Notes: generated from the letters alone by a model not told the origin. 63,805 nucleotides of DNA, filler included, from Sluysia triapertura (GCA_046118255.1; 5 parts of 5 records of this genome joined end to end with filler, not necessarily neighbours in it); one strand, 5' to 3'. Numbered from the whole stretch's first letter, positions 50,469 through 63,805 are shown. Program-made: numbers and translations.

Positions 50469-50639
50469 CAGTTAAAAGGTTAATAAAAATAATTTAATAT
50501 TTTACAAAAGATTTATTTTTATTTTTGGTATTGTTCAATCACAAAAAATAACTAATGAAAAAATATAGTTAATAACACTATAAACTTAGTTTTATTGTCC
50601 AAAACTAAACTTTGTGGAACTTATTTATCATATTCTAAC

Positions 50640-50906
50640 CTCACTGTTACTTGGTCTTTCAAAATCTGAAAAGGACGGTGTATGATAAGGTGATTCTAAA
50701 AAATAAGTGGCCCAAATTTGATTTGGCGGTCTAACATGAAATGGTCGATTAACATTATGCATCCACAGAATAACATGAGCTTTACTGGCCTTTTCTCTGT
50801 CATCGGTCAATTTACACCACTTTACAGGACACTGATCAAATTCATGTTCTGGATTTATACCAGCCATTCCATTAAATAAAAGAATAAGTTTTGTCTTTGG
50901 TGGAAT
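50640..50906 (-). CDS. Alpha-1,3-fucosyltransferase (GT10, FucTA-like) internal exon
   Basis: AG acceptor at 50908-50907 and GT donor at 50639. KLILLFNG...CPVKWCKLTDDREKASKAHVILW...RPPNQIWATYFLESPYHT matches the GT10 N-terminal domain (C....C.LT.DR...A..V...RP..Q.W....ESP). Confidence 0.85.
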
Positions 50907-53499
50907 CTAGAAAATTTTTATTTTAGTAATTATACATTTTAAATTATTTGATTATTTGTTTTACATTGTTTAACATAAAAATGTTTAAATAAATTTTTTA
51001 ATATTTTTAAAATTTAAATTTGTAATGTACCAAAATGAAAATATTTCTAACGTATTTAGATTAAAAAAAAGTTAATCAAAATTATAAAAACAAATTTAAA
51101 CAATAGAAATAATAAAATCTACATCAGAGGTTTTCTTAACAATTAAATATAAAGTGCAATAGTTAAAATTTTCTAATGTTAACATCGGTAGAAAAATATT
51201 GATAACTTTTTAATCTAGACAGGCAAATAGAGTTAAAAATATTAAAAAATAAAGAATATAATACTGGAAACTTCATTTATTTATTTATTTATTTTATACC
51301 TTTATAATTTTTACTTACTTATTCGTTATGTAAATTGATTTAATCGATTTTTGTAGAAATACATATGTAAAAATATAAATACTAAATTTACAAGAAATAA
51401 AAACATCAATATAATTAAATAAAAATTATATTTTAAAGTTTAAAAATCATTTCAAATAATTTTCACTATAAAAATTGGTGTTGATTCCTTCTTAACTGAA
51501 TTTGAAAATCCAAAAAAATGCATTATAATTTATTTATTTTAAATGTTAAAATGTAACATATTTAAGAAAAAAATAATAACAATAATAAAATAAAAAGAAG
51601 ATATTTAATTATTAATTTATTTATAATTTCATATTAACTTCATTCAATAATATAATAAATAAATTTTGAACTAAAATAAAATAGGTATAATATAATATTT
51701 ATATTTTAAATTTTATTTACTAATAATTTTCTTGTAAAATTATTTTATTCACTTAAAACATATTTTGAAAATTTTTATTAACGTGGAAATTTACTTTCCT
51801 GTATTGCATTGATTATTCTAACAAAACAAATTTTCATAGATGAAAGAGGTTTTACTTTCAGTAATTTTGTGTTAAATTTAATGTCAAATTTTGTACTAAT
51901 TTAAATAATTTCGAATAAAGAAATTATTAAATTATTAGAACAAAGTATTGTTACAAATAATCTTAAATTTTTTCTATCAATAGTTATTAGTATCATACAA
52001 ATATAATAAAATTAATCAAACCAAGTTAATTTAAATAAAAAATACTTATAGCTAATAAATATTTAAAGACTAATAAAATTTCTAATAAAAGACTAATAAA
52101 AATTTAAAGTCTAATAAAATTTCTACTAAAAATAAAAATGTGCAAAGATAGTCAATATTCCAATATTCTGTAACGGTTTCATTTTTTAAATATAATATAA
52201 GATTTAGTTAATAGTTTAACTATTGTCAAGTTATAACTTTACATTTTTAACGGATTTAATATTATGGCTTGTAATTTTTAATTTCATACTAAAATTTTGC
52301 CCTAAAGTTAACTTTTGTTATGTGACATTTTTTACTATAGTGAAATGAATCTAATATATGCATTAAAATGATAACATGGCAGTAGATGGATTTAATAGTG
52401 GATTAGTGGAAGCACAATTTTAGAGCCTTCCGATTGGTTGAATGTTGCTTATTAGAGTGAGTACTACATAAGATTTGTATTTGGTGTTAATAAATTGGAT
52501 ATTGATTTTTAATTTTTAATGGGTCGATATTATAAATTTATATTATTTGTACGCCTACGATCCTGAATAAATTAAAAAATTTTGAGTAAAAAGTATATTA
52601 GTCATAACTAAAATACTAAATATAAAAATTAGCAGTTGTTACCATCTAATGCGTAGCAGACTTGTGTATAAGCCATTTTTTCATTCTTCATATCAGTAAT
52701 TCTAACAATAATAGAGTAATTAGGTCGTATTTTTTCTATCGTTCTTGTGACAGACTCAGAACATTTAATGGTATTTCCTTTAGTGATGTTGTATCTTAAC
52801 ATACTTCTAATAAAATTGCAACAAACTAAGTTGCCAAGAATTTTACATGTAATTTGAATTTGTAAATTATATCTTGTAAAAGTACATTATCTATTTTTGT
52901 ATCTAATATATTTTTATTAGTCGAAAATTTTTGTTTCACGGTTTTGGTATGCTAGTTGAATTTGGTACTCCATTCAAATTTGGTATGCCAGACGATTTTC
53001 GTAAAATCGGTATTGTTTTATCAACTTTTGTGCATGTACCCTCGCAGACAAAATAGAGCAAAGAATTTAGTAATTACTTTGCTAATGTGTGTGGATAGAA
53101 AAATTTATACCTATATCATTAAGTACAAAGAAATTATGTCGTCATTTGTTTAAGTCAGACTAGCAAATATTAAATACGAATGTCACGTTTGAGATTATAT
53201 TAGTCATTTAAAATTTAATCAATAAAAGCAAATACAATAAATTAAAAAGATTATTCATTGATTATTTTTGGGATGTGAGAAACAAATAGAATATATTTCA
53301 TATCCAATCAGAATCAAAATTAATTGCAAACAGTCATATTCAAAATGGACCATATAGTTAATTTACACAAACTATGAACTAACTTGATAACCAAAATTCT
53401 AAAAGTAATTTTCAAATAGAATGGTTTAATACTAATGGTAAGATGGGTTCATTATTATCTAGTTTAGTTAATATAAAATCATATTGATGTAATGGAAGG

Positions 53500-54230
53500 C
53501 TAAGACAAAGTCAATAGATATATGGTTCGATCCGAAATACCCAGTTAGTTACACAATAGTAAAAAAATATGGAGAGGTGACATAATGGTTGAGAAATCAG
53601 TTGGGATACTCACTGAGACGAAGATTTACAATACGTAAATATAAAAAGACCAAATGAATTGTATCAAACTGATTTAATGGAAATGATTCTATATTCAAAA
53701 ATTAATGATGGTTACAAATATCTTAAATTATTTTGATGTTTTTCCAAGATTAGTAAAAACAGTACCGATTAATCATTATTCAGTGCTCAGTCACTATAAA
53801 GTGGCATTCGTTGAATGATTTGATAGCAATATAAGATAAATTAATAAAAGAATTTTACAAATAATCGTACTAAAATATGTATTAATGTATTACCTTATAA
53901 ATTTGATGCAAAGTAAACACCGAGGGCTTGATGGACTTAAACCTGTAGATATTAATGTTGCTAATTTTATTGAAATGCTGCAAAAGCATAATTTTAAACA
54001 AAAGATAAACCCAAATATAGAGTTGGTAATTACTTAAGAATATCAAAAATTTCAGCAACTACATTCATAATAAACTTTAAAAATTGGAGTGATGAGGTGT
54101 TTCAAATTCATGAAATTTGTACAAGACGAAATTTGTACAAATTGTACAAAAGTACGATTCATAATTATAATTAATTCATATAACTATAATAAATAAAAAT
54201 TGGAATACAATATAAAAGGATCAATTTTCA
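53500..54230 (+). mobile_element. Polinton/Maverick retroviral-like integrase relic
   Basis: Decayed motifs in the expected order: WFDPKYPVSY, WLRNQLGYSL, PNELYQTDLMEM, NDGYKYL..DVFSK, NHYSVLSHYKVAFVE*F, LKPVDIN, KPKYRVGNYLRISK, NWSDEVFQI. Confidence 0.85.
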
Positions 54231-54644
54231 GTAATTTGTTTCGAGTCTGTTTTTATTATTATTTCGAAAAATAGTTCACCAACTCCTAAGTTAATAAATA
54301 TAATCAAATAAATTAAAGTATTTAAATTTATATCAAAATCTTTAAAAATTTATTGAAGTTTCAAACGTAATAGATCTGATTTATTGGTTTTTCTTACTAT
54401 TTTATTCGTCCCAAGCGCCGAAAATAAAAGTTAGTAAATTATTCTCAACTTATATTTTCAGATTTTACTTCTATCCATCTATCCAACCAATTAAAACCCC
54501 AACATTTAATTAAGAGATCGATCAAATCAAAACTTATACCGTAACGGACAATGCAAGATCTGTATTGTATTGGATGTAGCAAGATATCAACTTCAGTTTC
54601 AGCAAGTTTGTGAAGACCTTACTGAGACTAATTTTTGTGCAATA

Positions 54645-55400
54645 TCTTGTAGTGGTCAACACTCACAACTTAAAATTCATTAAAACATTATATTCAACAC
54701 CCATAATTCAAATTTTACTAAATTTTACTAAGTCAATCACACTGACACTATCGAATTACATTAACTGAATTATCGCAAACAACATTCTACATTTATAATA
54801 TCTCAACAACTCATATATACCAACAATTCGTCTAATACCCTCAATCATCCACTTCACAACATACTCTGATAATTAATCCCGAATAATCTATAACACTCAC
54901 TCAAAAGTTATTTTATCAAACAAACCACAACCATAATACATAATATGTAAATCACAAATACATTAATACCATACAACAATATTAACACTACCTCAGACAA
55001 AGAAAACATCTACGTTAAAACCTCGAATCAACTACACCAAACCAAACCCACTTCATTTACACATATTCATCATCAACACTTATTTTTAACAACATCACAA
55101 ATAAGCTAAGATTTATTTTGTAATCGTCTTTTAAATTAAACAAACTCCAACCTTTCAATAAACATCTCAAACCATTATATTCAATGCATAAATCTTGTTT
55201 TCAATTATAAATCTTCAATAAATTTCAACAAATTATTTTAACATTCGTCGTTTCAAACACAACTCAAATCATTTCTTTTATCTTCATAAGTAAACATAAT
55301 AAAGCCTTCAAAAATTCATTATCTTACTATTAAACAGCAACGACAACTGAAGTTTAGCATATCACGTTACCGTCGCTACTTAATGTAACAACAACCGTTT
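54645..55400 (+). repeat. C/A-rich interspersed repeat (longest copy), abutting the upstream part of cassette B
   Basis: Strong G depletion on the plus strand; shares blocks with 12245-12431 and 24540-24643. Confidence 0.65.
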
Positions 55401-55563
55401 TTACTCTTCTTTCTACTTTACGTATGTAAGAAATATGAAATATTGAAAGAACAGGTCGTGTAATTTATTTAAAGATAAGATTTATGCATTTTATTTCCAA
55501 TAACAATAATAATAATAATTACAATGTTATTATTGTTATTATTATTACTACTCTTATTAATTT

Positions 55564-55810
55564 ACCAAATATAAATTTTGCGTTAATGTCGATCAATCTG
55601 GTTGCTACCATTACCAGTGTTGACATTCTATGTTACATTTCTCATTAGAGTGCCAACGCTGATGAGGGTCAGTCATCAGTTACACTTCATATTAAATTTT
55701 AATTATACTTTACATACCCCATCCAATCGAGACCTAATTTTGCTTGTATCATTTTTAAAAGGCCTCGATTGGATAACCAATAAGCAAACAGGCAAAATTA
55801 GTAACAATTA
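55564..55810 (+). promoter_or_regulatory. TATA-like motif plus double-hairpin cassette (copy B)
   Basis: TATAAA at 55570; ~33-bp stem 55598-55679; 14/15-bp inverted repeat ATCCAATCGAGACCT/AGGCCTCGATTGGAT at 55721-55774. Homologous to 36925-37185. Confidence 0.65.
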
Positions 55811-55875
55811 AAAATAACAAGAAAAGAAAATAATAATAAAATTGTTTTTGGTGGCGGTTATAAAATAATTACGAA

Positions 55876-57474
55876 TTGTGTCAACTTCAACCTAACAATT
55901 CTACAAAGCAGATAAAAACAGCACTAGATCAATGTCAACAACTTAGTCAGGCAACTATGCGAATTTTATTAGTAGTCGATTTTTGGAATTTACATCAATT
56001 TGAATTTTATTTTCCTAAAACGCGAAATGATTATTTTTATGATGAAAGTATTTTTTTGAAGGACGAACTCAAAATGCAAACGCTATGGTTTTCACCCTTA
56101 GATAAGGGTCAGGAGATTTGGAACAAAAATTAGAATGCAGAATCATTAATGATAACTATGTCGAATTAGACAAAAAAATTACGAGGTACCTCAATTTTGT
56201 AGAAATATACAGTCTTCAAATGAATCAGTATTTTACAATAATGTACTACTTTACTTAAGATGTCTGGAGGATGGCTTTAATCGAAATGAAATAGTTCAGA
56301 TATATAACGATTATGATAAAGAAAACTGGAATCAATATGAATTTAAACATTATTATCAGAATCTTTCTAATCGTTTACTAGACTTAGATCAGTCAATTAT
56401 TAGTAACTACAGTAGGATTGAATCAATTCAGCAGGATTACTCAAATAAAGTTACAAGTCTAATTGAATTTATAGTGATACATAAATTAGTAAATAAAGTT
56501 TTTAATGTTCTGAAATTTGTAGAAGATGATTGTCGAAAGTCTCGAATTCCGATTGATCAACTGATGGTTACAAATATGTTCAAAAAACAATTTTATGTTC
56601 CAATCTCGCAAATGAATAATCAACTCCATCGTAACACTATAATTTTGGCTCCAGTTCAAGCAAATAAGATTTTGAGAGGCACGACCAATCCATGTTCAAG
56701 TATGATGACACGTACATTCAACAATGAAGTCAATTGTACTCATTTAGTCAACACCAACAATGGATGCTATATTATATATTTAAACTTAATTAATGGTCTG
56801 AAATCAACGAAGCAACATCATCACTTCAGCAAATTACTACAATACAACTCATTAATAATGAATCAATTGACAAAGGAGATCTTGAGTTTTTTATTAGAAA
56901 CTTTTCCAATATTAAATCAATTAGTGTGAGTTCTAATTTTATACATTTATTAACTTTTATTTTAGTTTACACGATTCACAGCTGGATTGGTGAAGAGCAA
57001 CAGAGCATGCCACGCTACAAGGGGTCAGCAGAAGAAATAAAAGTAAAAAACAAAATTTTAAATCCGAGTACGATTTATAACAATTGACCTTTTAATAATA
57101 GATTTTCGTATTATTAGTTTGAAAGTTTTTTGTTCCTTATAAACAATAACATAGTGATCTCATATTTGCTAGAAATAAATGAAGATAAACCTTTTGATAA
57201 TTTTGAAGTCGAATTTACTAAATTCATGTTTAAAGACATAATGATAAACAACTTGTCACAAAATTATAAAATGAAGATACAGTACTTGAATGACAAAAAA
57301 GAAATATTGATAGGTTCTAGTATAGTTTTGAACGTCATTCATTTTAAGCCTAAAATTAGAGTAGTTTCTGAAGCGTTAAATTCCTTCTTTAAACTTGCTC
57401 AATATAAATGTAATAAGATGCATATTATGTTTTTAATCAAACAAAAAAAATGCTATATTACCATTAAATCATAA
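55876..57474 (+). pseudogene. Diverged DH-PH RhoGEF copy, ECT2/pebble-like, with stops and frameshifts
   Basis: QFYVPI...ILAPVQANKILRG resembles ECT2 LFQVPL...ILAPEEIKTIFG. Y..YLN...FSKLLQYN resembles Y..FVN...FHAFLKIN. FLFLINNNIVIS resembles the PH strand TLFLFNDCLEIA. TLLKMSGG is BRCT-like. Candidate 40-nt intron at 56926-56965. Confidence 0.5.
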
Positions 57475-60103
57475 AACAAAAAACGATTATAAACGCCCCA
57501 AAAACATAAACAACCCAAAGATCTAAAGTTAATATTAATTGATTTTACCTGTATTTTGCGTAGATATCGTGAAGATATCGAATCATATCACAAATAAACT
57601 AACGTTTATATAAAAGAAAATTGGAAAATCTGATCAGGAGTCTTTTCTGTTATAAATTCTGTGCCAATTAAAATGATTAATTCGGTTTTAGAACTGTTTG
57701 AAATTGAAATGTAAATAGTCTTGAAAATTGAAATTTAAATCGATTATGTGTTGTGAAAATTTTCTGAAATTGTAATACTATTTATATAATTTTTTCTTGA
57801 CCTTCACCAGATTTAAAGATGCTATTTAATATTTAATATTTAAAATTAATAAAATATTCATAAAATTTTTTTAAAAAATAAGTATTAAAAATATTTATGA
57901 GTTTAAAAATAAATAAAACATATTTTTAGAAATCCAATAATTAAAACCAACAATTATAACAATTGAAAAATGATTTACAATAAAATAATCAATGGTTTTG
58001 TATAAATAATCAATATTGAATATACTATTGTACAAATAACAAATGAGTCATACATAACATTAACTTGTATAATAAACGAGTCATATTCTTATTTATTCTG
58101 CAACTCGTTTTCTGACTAATTAAGTGTGATATGCTACATTCTTCCTTCTTATTTTTCTTTCATTATTTTTTGAGCGCCACTATGAATTACTTACTTTCCA
58201 TTTTCAAAGTTCTAAAAATTTTTTAAATTTATTAATGTTCTTAAGTTCTTGAGTATACATTTAAATGAGTAAAAATTTTATTTTATTTATATCTTTACTA
58301 TAGTATAATAATATATTTAAATTCGCTAGTTATTTACTTAATCGATCGTGATCCAAGCTCTGTGCAATAATTTTGGTGTTATACTTGATCCGTATAAAGA
58401 TAATTTACGAATAATTAGTTATTGTACTAGAAAGAATTAGAGTCATTATTATCTAATATCATCTAAGTTTTAAGTTAAGACTTAAATCCCTATTGGGTAA
58501 GATGCGATAGTTCAAGAAAGATTTAGATCACTAAGAATTTGGCAATTTGCACAAAATTAAAATTAGACCCTCAATCTGAGATTAAGTAATACATCAACTG
58601 GAATTAGAAAGTAAATAGTTAAAATATACACTAAAATCGTTTACTTATAGTTACAGGTACGTCTACTCTAAGTTTTAAATAAATAAAATTTGGAATAAAT
58701 AAACCACATCAAAGCAATGAATGAAGACTACTATCGAGAAATTCTGAAAGTGAATGTCTGAAAGGTAATGCTCTGGCTCAAACGTGGTGTCAATCTTTTA
58801 TCAATAAAGTTTGGAAGATTTTGAAAGTTTCGATACAATTTTATTTGTAAAAGCTAGTCTATGAAACATGTGATAATTATATTATACTATGTGTTATTTA
58901 TCCTTAAAAACTTGAATATCTTTTGATGAATGTTGGCTTATTTATCATTGTGATTTCTTACTATCTGTCTTGCCTCTTTTCAATCTACAAGATGGAAATT
59001 AGTAAGGCGAATAGATAAAGTTTTATGACAAAGCTAAATATTTATCTTGTATTTTAAACTTATCTTCAAAAAATACTTAATTGATAATAGTAACTTGTTT
59101 AGAAATTTTGCATTAGAAAATTGTATTAAATACAAATCACAAAATGGCTTATTCACAAAGTTTTATCGTTGAGTGAATGGATTACCATTTAATTGGTCAC
59201 TGTCTTTTGAATTAATTGATTCTATAAAACTAATGAATTCCTTTACTGTTTTTTTGGTATTTACTCCAATATGGCCTTCTGATTAATAAATTTTATTAAG
59301 GCTGCATAATAAATTTGTTTTGTACTATATTTTTAGGTGATTTTTGTTGCATTTTATTTATTTTTGTTTAATTATGACCATGATCATGTTTATTTTTAAT
59401 TAACGTTTTTGACTTTGTAGATAAAATCAATTTATTTATTTTGCATTTAAGTTATCAATGCAGGTAATATGAAAAGGCTCTATATATTAATAAATCGGAA
59501 AGCTGTTTCAAAATCTGCAGAATCAAAATGAATTTCTAAGTTTATTACTGATTTTATAAAGTATTCACTGTTATGTGGACATGGTTGAAAAATTAATTAA
59601 AAAACAGATATTCTATTAAAATTAGATATTATTGATACATTAACCAAAGTGATTTAATATAAGCATTATATCTATAAAATCGAACAATAGCAAAATTTAC
59701 TACGAAAAATTTTCTCTAATAATAATTATTATTTCTTTCAATAATTCACCAATTATAATTTAAGTTTGTCAGGAATAAACATCAATTATTATATTGGAAA
59801 TTAAATTCAAAATTATATTTCATAAATGGCACCTCCCTATCAATGTATTTATCGATAATAAAGTAAAATTTCATACATAAGCATAAATAAATTAAAATAT
59901 CTATAAACATTAAAATTATTATTTTTACAATAATCAAAAATAATATAAATTTACATTTTATTTCTAATATTTAGTTTTGCTAAATCATTACAATGAAAAA
60001 ATGTATGGATTATTATAAATGTATTTACCATTTTGTCCGGTTTGAGGTTTATGAAATTAACTCAGTTTGATTTTATTTTAACTAAAATAACCATTCTCTA
60101 AAT

Positions 60104-60324
60104 AAGCGTTTCTCAACATTTTTACCCCGCGACCCAATAACATTTTTACAGATTGTTCTGCGACCCAATTTTTTATTACATAAAGGAATGCTAAGAAATA
60201 AAAAAGACATACTATTGGCGTTTTGATTGCATAAATTAATTTTTTGTATGTAGTTAATATTTATATTATAATATATTATTTATACTAAGCCGTGAATCCT
60301 CGACCCAACGATTGAGAAACTGTG
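60104..60324. mobile_element. hAT (Charlie-like) MITE
   Basis: Perfect 8-bp TSD CTCTAAAT (60096-60103 and 60325-60332); ends aagcgtttctcaa / ttgagaaactgtg; internal CGACCCAA repeated three times. Confidence 0.85.
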
Positions 60325-60974
60325 CTCTAAATTATGGCATGTTAGAAATGTAGTGGCAAAAATATGCAGTCTGAATTCAGTTTACTTTTATTGCAGTCAA
60401 TTCAAGAATATTTATTTTTCACTTTTTACGATTTTTAAACTCATTGTTGAAAGACAGAAATTTCTAAGCTGTCTTCTGCATTTAAACTAAACTGATGATG
60501 AAAAATTATATTTTTTAATGCATTACTTTTACAAAGTAATTGAGTGGTAAAATAATAGATAAAAATTTTGAAATATGTAACTTAACGAAAACATGGAGTA
60601 ACGAATACCAAATTATATAATTAAAAACAGAACTGAAATTTTATTTTTAAAATTGGTACAAAAGCTTGAACAAGTAAGTTTTGTGATGATGAATTATTGA
60701 ATGTAATAGTTAGTATATTTGTAAATACGTGTTGTGTGTAATGTGTTATGACTAATAGATGTATAAATGACCAATTTACGATATTTATTCTGATTAATCT
60801 ATGATATATTGTTATTCTGAATTATTATTTATTGATTTTAAACTACATTATTTACATAATTATTCATTTTATGTTTGTTTAAAATTATTTAATTTTACAA
60901 TTTCGGAATTATATCAAAAGTATGTATAATTTTTATAATTTTTAAATTTTATTAAATTTAATATTTTAAATCAT

Positions 60975-61241
60975 TAACGTGATCCAACTAAATTATTATT
61001 TTAAAATATGTTATTAAATTATTATTTTAATATGTTTTTGTTTTAAAATTAAATTACTATTTTTGTTTTAATCCGACCTCAAGGTCAGATTAAAACTACT
61101 ATATATTAAAAACAAAAAATTGCAAAAAGCATTCACACACGACACACAGGAGCAAATTTTGATTTTAAATTTTTTGTTTGGAGAAGCGATTTTTAAAGGA
61201 ACAGTTTTCGATTTTTTAAATTTTCGAGTTGGATCACGTTA
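60975..61241. mobile_element. TA-flanked MITE with perfect TIRs and an internal palindrome
   Basis: TAACGTGATCCAACT (60975-60989) and AGTTGGATCACGTTA (61227-61241) are exact inverted repeats including the TA; 14/15-bp internal palindrome at 61065-61096. Confidence 0.8.
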
Positions 61242-62094
61242 GGTTAATTATTTTTTTAAGGTAGGATATTTTTTGAATATCATAGGCAAAATATACTAAA
61301 AATCATTTTTAAATTCTGGACCTTATAAAGGTCTATGGCAAAATAATTTTTTAACTTTTGAATTATAAACAAACTAATTACATTTAGTTTATTGCAAATT
61401 TTTAATCTATACTATAACCATTTGGTAATTTATCTTACTTTTTACATTTTTATTAATAAATTGTTTAATTTGTGTTTGCTATTCATTTTATAGTTTTAAA
61501 ATCTTAAAATCAATCGATTTATACGTTTTCCTATACTAGAAGTTAACTCTAGTAAGCAAAATCTATTTTTCTGATCCCATATCACGGGATTTACGTAACA
61601 TTACAACTTAAAATCATTGTATTTAATATATAATTAACTTGATTTAAGTCACTTAAAAATTCACCACCAGAATTAAGTTAGTAGACAAGACCTATATTTA
61701 AAGTAAAGCATTCTTTCTTGTATTAAAAAATCCAACGGCTGGCCCTCATTGGTAAGTCCAGTACGTTGGTGAACTCACGCAAATTTTAATTTAATTAACT
61801 TTTCTTACACATTTACTTTTAGTTTGTGTATTTGATCATACGATGGTAAATGTTAAGGAGAATGTGTAAGATTACTGGACGTGTTAAATCTGTTGAAAAT
61901 TAATCAGAAAATAAGATCACAGATATTATATTAAATTGAATTAATAAAGATCTTTAGAAGAAATTGAATTTATATTTTGAAATTATAAGATGATTATTTC
62001 TTAACTTTAAGAAATTAAATAAATAGTTATTTATAAAATTTATTTGCAACATTTCACGCTGCGGTAAATTAAAATTTTAATTTTCTTTATTGTA

Positions 62095-62133
<39 letters not shown>

Positions 62134-63805
62134 GCTGGGTGTTTTTCTTAATCTAAAAACCTAACCTACCTCAAAATAATTAATTATTCTGAGTCCGTTT
62201 ATAGTATACGACTTACTAATGGCGTACCTGTAAAATTACGCGAAGACATTTATCAAAATTAATCGTATAAAAATATGCTTTGCCTTAACTTAATAATAAT
62301 GGGCAAAAATCGTCGTTTAGGTCAACTAACAAGAGATAACTTAAAAAACTAATTAAGACCAACGCTAACTTAGGAATTGTATAAAATTCAAGTGAATAAT
62401 ATGGAGGTGTATCTTTCCTTATCTCTTTGTATTTTAATTTAATGATCGTTAGGCCTTTTGGTTTTTCTTCTAAATTTAATGGAACACAGTTAGAATTATG
62501 GTAACTATCAAATAAATCTAAGTTATGATCTTAATATTAGAATAATTAACAAAACGTACAATTTTTAATACTTTTATTATATAAAAATTTGAATTAAAAT
62601 AAAATTATTACAAATACACAAAATTCAATAAGAGATAATTATTAATACGACAAAAACAATATAAAAAATATTAAAAATGATAAAATTATAATAACGATAA
62701 TAATTGAAATATAATAAGAGTCTAGCCCAGAAGACTCTACCCTACAATATCTATTTTATAATTGACCTTAAGGACCAACTAAAGGTCTAAGATTTTATAT
62801 TTTAAATGGATTTTGTGATTGGCCTTAATGACCAATCGTGAAAATAGTATTTTACGTTTAAATTTTAACTCAACAAGTGAGTGTTCACCTATGTAAAATC
62901 AACTTACGGATTAATCAATAATAAAAATCGGAGCTCGGCTGCTGGAAGTAATTTGTTGAAGACTGACTTGGTCTGTGGTGATGTTGACGTTTGGAGATCG
63001 CTATCCCTCTAATCGTAGACGCGAGATTTAATCAATAATGTATAAATTGAATCGAAGAGTTGATAGAATGCACCACAAGCTGATGATGAATTCACGCTAT
63101 AACCAAAATAGAGTCTTCTGATTTATAATAAGCCTTGTTTGGAATAATGGCGATCTTCTTTGTTTATAATTTAATTGTGAATTGAATTTTCTTTGATTGT
63201 TATTATATAGTCATAAAGACATTTTAAAGTTTTTATTTTAATTAAACAAACAAGTTTCTTTTGTAATGTTTTTTAATTTATAATAATAATAATTTTAATT
63301 TTAATTAATAATTAATAATTTTAATTATTAATTAAATTAATAATGTTTTAAATAATATAAATTTTAATAATTTTTTATAATATTTTTATAATTTCATTTT
63401 TCATACAAAAATCATAAAAATAAAATTTTTTACGCCTTTACAATAGTTTAGAAATTTATTTTATTGATCCTAAAGAAATATTAATTTTCCAATGAATATA
63501 ATGTTGTCTACAACCAAAAACAATATCATTTAAAGAGAAACATTTAAATTGTAATTAAATTTATATTTATGTGGTGATATCAAAGATTTTTTCGGTTCAA
63601 AAAACCTTAAACCATATATGTGTGCGGGTTATATTAAAAAATTGATTTTTACAATGCGGGCTACAAATTAAGTGCGGATTATACTATGGGGTAAGTGTGC
63701 TGTTTTAACTGCAATTTATAATGATAGAAGATGTTTAGAAGAGTGGTTGAGGGCGTCTTATTATGTGATGGTCGAATGTATTGAAGAATGTTAGCCTTGT
63801 TAAAA

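Noticed and set aside
55630-55682. Hammerhead ribozyme inside cassette hairpin 1 (CTGATGA on both strands, GAAATGTAACATA on the minus strand)
   Set aside because: No stem II joins CUGAUGA to GAAA, and the core is not preserved in copy A.
58950-59330. Minus-strand EGHIGVNTKK fragment as a Gypsy integrase zinc finger
   Set aside because: A single short motif with no downstream CxxC or DDE motifs.

Overview
This is very AT-rich eukaryotic (invertebrate) nuclear DNA; a flatworm-like source is an inference from 39-47 nt mini-introns, (ATT)n microsatellites and gene content. The window is not one locus: five contigs are joined by artificial 100-nt linkers (N44-TTAATTAATTAA-N44), so adjacency across linkers is unproven. 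Apparently intact host genes are a partial multi-exon USP9X/fat-facets deubiquitinase (599-8975), a single-exon class A peptide GPCR (12680-13876), three exons of a divergent Cbl TKB domain (42246-45908) and one exon of an alpha-1,3-fucosyltransferase (50640-50906, minus). Mobile DNA includes a decayed mariner, a Polinton/Maverick integrase relic, a possible Helitron helicase relic, and hAT, piggyBac-type and TA-site MITEs. The most unusual signals are: (1) a conserved TATA-like motif plus double-hairpin cassette with compensatory changes, directly upstream of two unrelated decayed host-gene copies (MTMR9-like and ECT2-like); kelch, RING and ubiquitin-like cargo-type ORFs occur elsewhere in the window; (2) a ~157-bp TG...CA bounded repeat, present twice, carrying a tRNA-Ala-like Pol III unit that keeps G3:U70 and A73 but has a non-pairing anticodon arm; (3) a type II hammerhead-like motif near 50400-50470. 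All protein identifications were made by eye against remembered family motifs; no database searches were run.
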